Shown piece after piece: positions 60,118-64,000 of a DNA stretch of 64,000 nt (position 1 is the first letter of the stretch; each line of letters starts with the position of its first letter). Below the pieces are notes generated by a model. It ran no database searches. It was not told the DNA's origin and worked only from the letters and a program-made list of their open reading frames with translations. The position numbers and the translations under genes were made by a program. This DNA is from Gemmatimonadota bacterium (GTDB taxonomy: Bacteria > Gemmatimonadota > Gemmatimonadetes > Gemmatimonadales > GWC2-71-9): NCBI GenBank assembly GCA_039586365.1, contig JBDHKN010000001.1, positions 92,964-156,963 on the forward strand. Reading direction: 5' to 3'.

Positions 60118-61722
60118 CTACCGTCCTGATCCACTCCCAGCGCCGGTCGGCGGTGGCGCAGGAGGCGGATAAGGAACACCCAGCTGTGCCAGGTACGTGT
60201 CGTACTTGGTCGGATCGTAAATGAGCTTCTCCAGCTCCGGACGGTACAACTTCATCTTTTCCTCGTTGAGGTGGATCGGCGGGTCGGTTCCTTCGGGGAT
60301 GAGTGAGACCCACTGGTACTCCTTGGTTTGCACTTCCCGGTGGTAGCGCCAGGCCTCGTCCACTAACTCGGGGTCCATCAGAACGTCTATAGCGGTCATG
60401 GCGATTACCCGGGCACCGTAGTTGGAGCCCTTGTGTGCAATGGGAGTCGCCGCCGCGATCCCAGCCGACCAGTGGTGGCCGATGGTTCCAGGTATGTTCG
60501 CCGGGTACCGGAGCCGGATGGTGGGCACGTTCCAGGACACCTCGGCGATGTCGTCACTGCCGCCCCCCATCCCCTGGTCGGACTCGCTCAGCGTGTCCAC
60601 TTCTGTCCGTAGTCCGGTTTCCTCCCGATCCAGCATCTTCTGTACTGCCTTTGCTAGGACCTGATCAGCCTCGTCCCACTCGGGCATGCCGACCCGGTCG
60701 ATGTTGGCCTGCATCCGTTCGGCGAGGGGCTTGCTCATGGTGGAAGGCCATGCCGAGCCCAGCACGCGCTCCTCGACGGTGGTCGACGTCATCATCGAGG
60801 CGGCCTTGGCCATCGTCTGACCCAGTTCGTGCAGCTCCTTGATGCGGGGATAGTCGAGTTCTCGGAAGTAGTACCAGACGGACGCCTCAGATGGGACAAC
60901 GTTCGGTTGATTGCCGCCGTTGGGAATCACGTAGTGGGATCGCTGCTGGAGCCTCAGGTGCTCACGGCGGAAGTTCCACCCAGTGTTCATCAACTCCACT
61001 GCATCCAACGCACTGCGGCCGGCCCACGGCGCTCCCGCTCCATGTGCTGACGTGCCGCTGAAAGTGAAGATCGTCGACACGAGTCCGGACCCCGAGATGC
61101 CCCATCCGGTAGTCATCCGGTTGCTCACGTGGGTCGAGAGCATGATATCCATGCCCTCGAACAACCCGGCGTTCACCATGTAGGTGCGCGAGGCCACGAG
61201 TTCCTCGGCCACACCCGGGATCACCTTGAGCGTTCCCTGCAGACCGTGTCGCTCCATCACGCGCTTCACGGCTATCACAGCAGTGATGTCAACTGCCGGT
61301 GTGGTGTTGTGGCCCTCGCCGTGCCCCGGTCCTCCCGGAATCAAAGGATCGTGATATGGTACGCCGGGCCGCTGGGATGTTTCAGGCAGGCCGTCGATGT
61401 CACCCATGAATCCAACCACCGGGCTTCCGCTGCCCCAGGTAGCGACATAGTTGGTGGGCATCCCGGCGCCACCCATCTGCACGTCGAAGCCCTCCTGGCG
61501 GAGAATGCCGGTCAGATATTCAGCGGTCCAGATTTCCTGGAAACCCAGTTCACCGTGGCTGAATACCTTGTCCACTATCTCCTGGGTGAGCTTCCCCATG
61601 GAAGCAACTTCCTGGCGCACCTCTTCACGGACTTGATCGACTGACTGTCCTTGAACGGCGAGCGGTGTCAAAAGAAGGCTGCAGAGAGAGGCAGCAAGCA
61701 CCGAAAGACGGCATTTCTGCAT
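60118..61722 (-). CDS. M20 family amidohydrolase (AbgB-like) with signal peptide
   Basis: ELGFQE, DIDGLP, GHGEGHN, AEE, GRSALDA and GSDDI motifs. Confidence 0.9.
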   Translation of the reverse strand: MQKCRLSVLAASLCSLLLTPLAVQGQSVDQVREEVRQEVASMGKLTQEIVDKVFSHGELGFQEIWTAEYLTGILRQEGFDVQMGGAGMPTNYVATWGSGSPVVGFMGDIDGLPETSQRPGVPYHDPLIPGGPGHGEGHNTTPAVDITAVIAVKRVMERHGLQGTLKVIPGVAEELVASRTYMVNAGLFEGMDIMLSTHVSNRMTTGWGISGSGLVSTIFTFSGTSAHGAGAPWAGRSALDAVELMNTGWNFRREHLRLQQRSHYVIPNGGNQPNVVPSEASVWYYFRELDYPRIKELHELGQTMAKAASMMTSTTVEERVLGSAWPSTMSKPLAERMQANIDRVGMPEWDEADQVLAKAVQKMLDREETGLRTEVDTLSESDQGMGGGSDDIAEVSWNVPTIRLRYPANIPGTIGHHWSAGIAAATPIAHKGSNYGARVIAMTAIDVLMDPELVDEAWRYHREVQTKEYQWVSLIPEGTDPPIHLNEEKMKLYRPELEKLIYDPTKYDTYLAQLGVPYPPPAPPPTGAGSGSGR

Positions 61723-62016
61723 AATGACGCTCCTGTTGGTTGGGGAGAGTGGCGGATGCCAATGAATATGGCACCTGTGAAGTCTATCCGGCAGGAGACA
61801 TGATGCCGCTCGCCGCCCCCCCAGGGGTCGGGAACGGCGGCGACCAAAACAATTTTGAATCCTACTCTATCGGCCCAGGTCTGTCTCCGGCTCGGTGGTT
61901 GATTCGGCCAGCGGTGGATAGGGCACTCCCGTTTGCTCGAGATAGGTGTGCCAGCTCGGCGAGCAAGCACGTGCTGCTGTCAGGGTGGGCCAAGAGGAGA
62001 GATCGTAAGCAGGGTG

Positions 62017-62793
62017 TCAAGTCGCAATCAACACGAGCCATGTCGCCAGGTTCGATGCTACCAGTGACCATCCCACCGTTTTGAGTTGCCGCGGATGAAC
62101 GTGTACCGCAGTGATAATGAGAGCGGTCACGCCTGCCGGTACCAACGCCAGCGCTGCCTTGGGAGGGAGCGGACCGACGGTGGTTATCACAACGCCGGCA
62201 GCGATGGTGAGCAATCCCAGCAGGGGTGCGGCAACAATGGACCAGGATGAGCGAGTGGCTGGTTTGTGCTTGGCCTTTATGGCGTGAACCGCAATCGTGC
62301 CGAGCAGGAAGCTCACAAACCACACTCCACACGCGAGCCATGCCAAGGCCCACTCCACGCCCCCAGACACTGCAACGGGCATTACAATGCTCGACATCGC
62401 CGCTATCACCAGAGTCTCCGGCACAAGACCCTTCAATCTCCCAGTCGCGAAGGCTGGAACCAAGACACCGCTACAGGCCAGTGGTGCCAGGACTGCAAGT
62501 CTGCCCTCGGGGGAAGCTGCTACCATAGCTATCAATCCGGCCGCCGTCCCTGCAGATGCCAGCAAGACAATCCGCATGGTTGCTCTTCTGGTCCACAACT
62601 CCCGCAACCGCTCTCCCCTCACGCCGTTGATGATCGCAACAGGTTCGTGCAGGAAGAAGAACACCACAGCGGCGAAAGCGAAGCAGTACGAGGGTACTGT
62701 GGCGCGGCCAAGCGACAATCCTGTGGCAAGCGGAAACAGGAGTTCCGCGTACGCACCGTGCTCGCGCGGGAGCAAGGACTGATAGCGAGGCAT
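62017..62793 (-). CDS. YwiC-like membrane protein
   Basis: N-terminal LPREHGAY motif and multiple TM helices. Confidence 0.8.
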   Translation of the reverse strand: MPRYQSLLPREHGAYAELLFPLATGLSLGRATVPSYCFAFAAVVFFFLHEPVAIINGVRGERLRELWTRRATMRIVLLASAGTAAGLIAMVAASPEGRLAVLAPLACSGVLVPAFATGRLKGLVPETLVIAAMSSIVMPVAVSGGVEWALAWLACGVWFVSFLLGTIAVHAIKAKHKPATRSSWSIVAAPLLGLLTIAAGVVITTVGPLPPKAALALVPAGVTALIITAVHVHPRQLKTVGWSLVASNLATWLVLIAT

Positions 62794-62859
62794 TGATCGG
62801 CGTGGTCTCCCTCTGGGAGCTTCTGTCTCTTGATTGCAGTCAGGGGTGCCCAGTCATCT

Positions 62860-63083
62860 CTGGGGCATCGGTGGCGTTCAGTGCGTACCTCTGGTTGATG
62901 GGTGCTACGACCCCTGCACCTGCACCCACCTATGCGTACGTGAATCCCTTGGTTGCTGTTGTACTGGGTTGGCAGCTAGCAGCCGAACCGATGAACCCTA
63001 TAGTGGTTCTTGCCGCAGCGGTAGTCGTAAGTACCGTGGCTCTCATCGTCTCCCGGCAGGCTCGGGTTGGCTCCCCGGCATAG
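62860..63083 (+). pseudogene. C-terminal fragment of an EamA/DMT transporter
   Basis: AFSAYLWL...TYAYVNPLVAVVLGW...EP; no room for the N-terminal part. Confidence 0.65.
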
Positions 63084-63205
63084 AAACGTCTACTCCAGCA
63101 GCACAAGCCCCCGGTATGGCAATGCTGCCTTCGGCGTGTGACGGCCCCTTTCCCTAACATAAAGTCAGGTCTGGAGCGGTGAGCAGTCAGATAGAGAAGC
63201 GTCCC

Positions 63206-63394
63206 CTATTTGCTGCCTCTCTCTTTCATCACTATGTCCACTATCACCTTCATGAGCTTGTCTCGAGCAGTATCGACATCTTGCTGCAGAGGCACCTTGC
63301 TCCCAATTAGCTTCTTCTCTCGGCGCACGACTGCGTCCTCAAAGTGGTTCAATGCCTCTACGATCATGTGCTGATATTCCAGGCCTGAACTCAT
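63206..63394 (-). CDS. Small hypothetical helical protein (62 aa)
   Basis: ATG after GGGAGA; protein-like sequence MSSGLEYQHMIVEALNHFEDAVVRREK. Confidence 0.55.
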   Translation of the reverse strand: MSSGLEYQHMIVEALNHFEDAVVRREKKLIGSKVPLQQDVDTARDKLMKVIVDIVMKERGSK

Positions 63395-63507
63395 TGGTCT
63401 CTCCCGGTTGGCGTTCTCCATGCTCTCAGATAACATTGGGGCCGATGGTCGGCAAGTGTTGCCCGGGTGGTCGCGGTTCCGGACGGTTGCTTTCCCAGTG
63501 TCGAACC

Positions 63508-64000
63508 TCAGAAGATCCTGACCAACGCGATTCTCCCATCCGGTCCGACAGCCCAACCGACTTCACGGGAGGAGAACGCTACACTCCAATAGGCAAGCGT
63601 GTCCAGCAGGGTCCAGTTGATGCCGTTGTCCAGCGTGTAGGCGGCTCCCTTGGGACCGACGGCGACAAAGCTATGCGGTGATCCGGGTATTGATGCGACT
63701 CCGTAGATCGCTCCGGAAAAGGCCGGCCTCCCCGCCAACGTCCAAGTGGAACCTCCGTCCCCAGTCCGGGCAATATTGTCCGCGTAGGTATCGGGACTGT
63801 TGATGTCACCTCCGACCGCGAGACCCCGTGAGGCATCCTCGAACGCCAGCGCAGTGATTCCTCGTCCCGTTCCGCTCACCACTGGAGTGTCGTGCACAGA
63901 CCAACTGTAGCCCCTGTCAGCCGTGACCAAGATCCGGGCCCGGTCGCTCGAACCCGTTCCGAACCACGCTGTGCTGTCACCGAAAGTCACCAGGCAATCG
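63508..64000 (-). CDS. BNR/Asp-box repeat beta-propeller protein (5' end outside the window)
   Basis: TADRGYSW, TGDGGSTW and TLDNGINW repeats; frame open to the window edge. Confidence 0.85.
   Translation of the reverse strand, partial: DCLVTFGDSTAWFGTGSSDRARILVTADRGYSWSVHDTPVVSGTGRGITALAFEDASRGLAVGGDINSPDTYADNIARTGDGGSTWTLAGRPAFSGAIYGVASIPGSPHSFVAVGPKGAAYTLDNGINWTLLDTLAYWSVAFSSREVGWAVGPDGRIALVRIF

Noticed and set aside
58298-60313. 671-aa minus-strand ORF
   Set aside because: Alternative frame over the TRAP permease; Arg/Gly/Pro-rich shadow typical of GC-rich DNA, with no motifs

Overview
Bacterial chromosomal segment, GC-rich by eye (not computed). The gene repertoire suggests a Gemmatimonadota-like organism (inference). 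Most of it is housekeeping: OmpA, MCP, pfkA, three DAACS transporters, ispH, Na/Pi transporter plus PhoU, acyl-CoA dehydrogenase, MntR, nadE, mlaEFD, rnz, tRNA-Ala and tRNA-Gln, TRAP/TAXI and an M20 amidohydrolase. Highlights: (1) a translationally coupled damage-tolerance cassette lacking imuA (62-aa Cys-rich Zn-ribbon, radical SAM, inactive Y-family ImuB, small ImuB-C-like protein, dnaE2), headed by a symmetric four-half-site array TTCGG-N6-TTCGG-N7-CCGAA-N6-CCGAA that overlaps a candidate leaderless promoter; (2) a SelW/Rdx selenoprotein (CxxU plus SECIS-like hairpin) missed by the ORF track; (3) an N6-adenine MTase plus SNF2 helicase pair with no recognisable nuclease; (4) a response regulator with an in-frame TAG; (5) an 18-bp duplication of the tRNA-Gln 3' end followed by a decayed accessory patch. 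No CRISPR array, rRNA, integrase or transposase was seen. All family calls come from motif recognition, not database searches.
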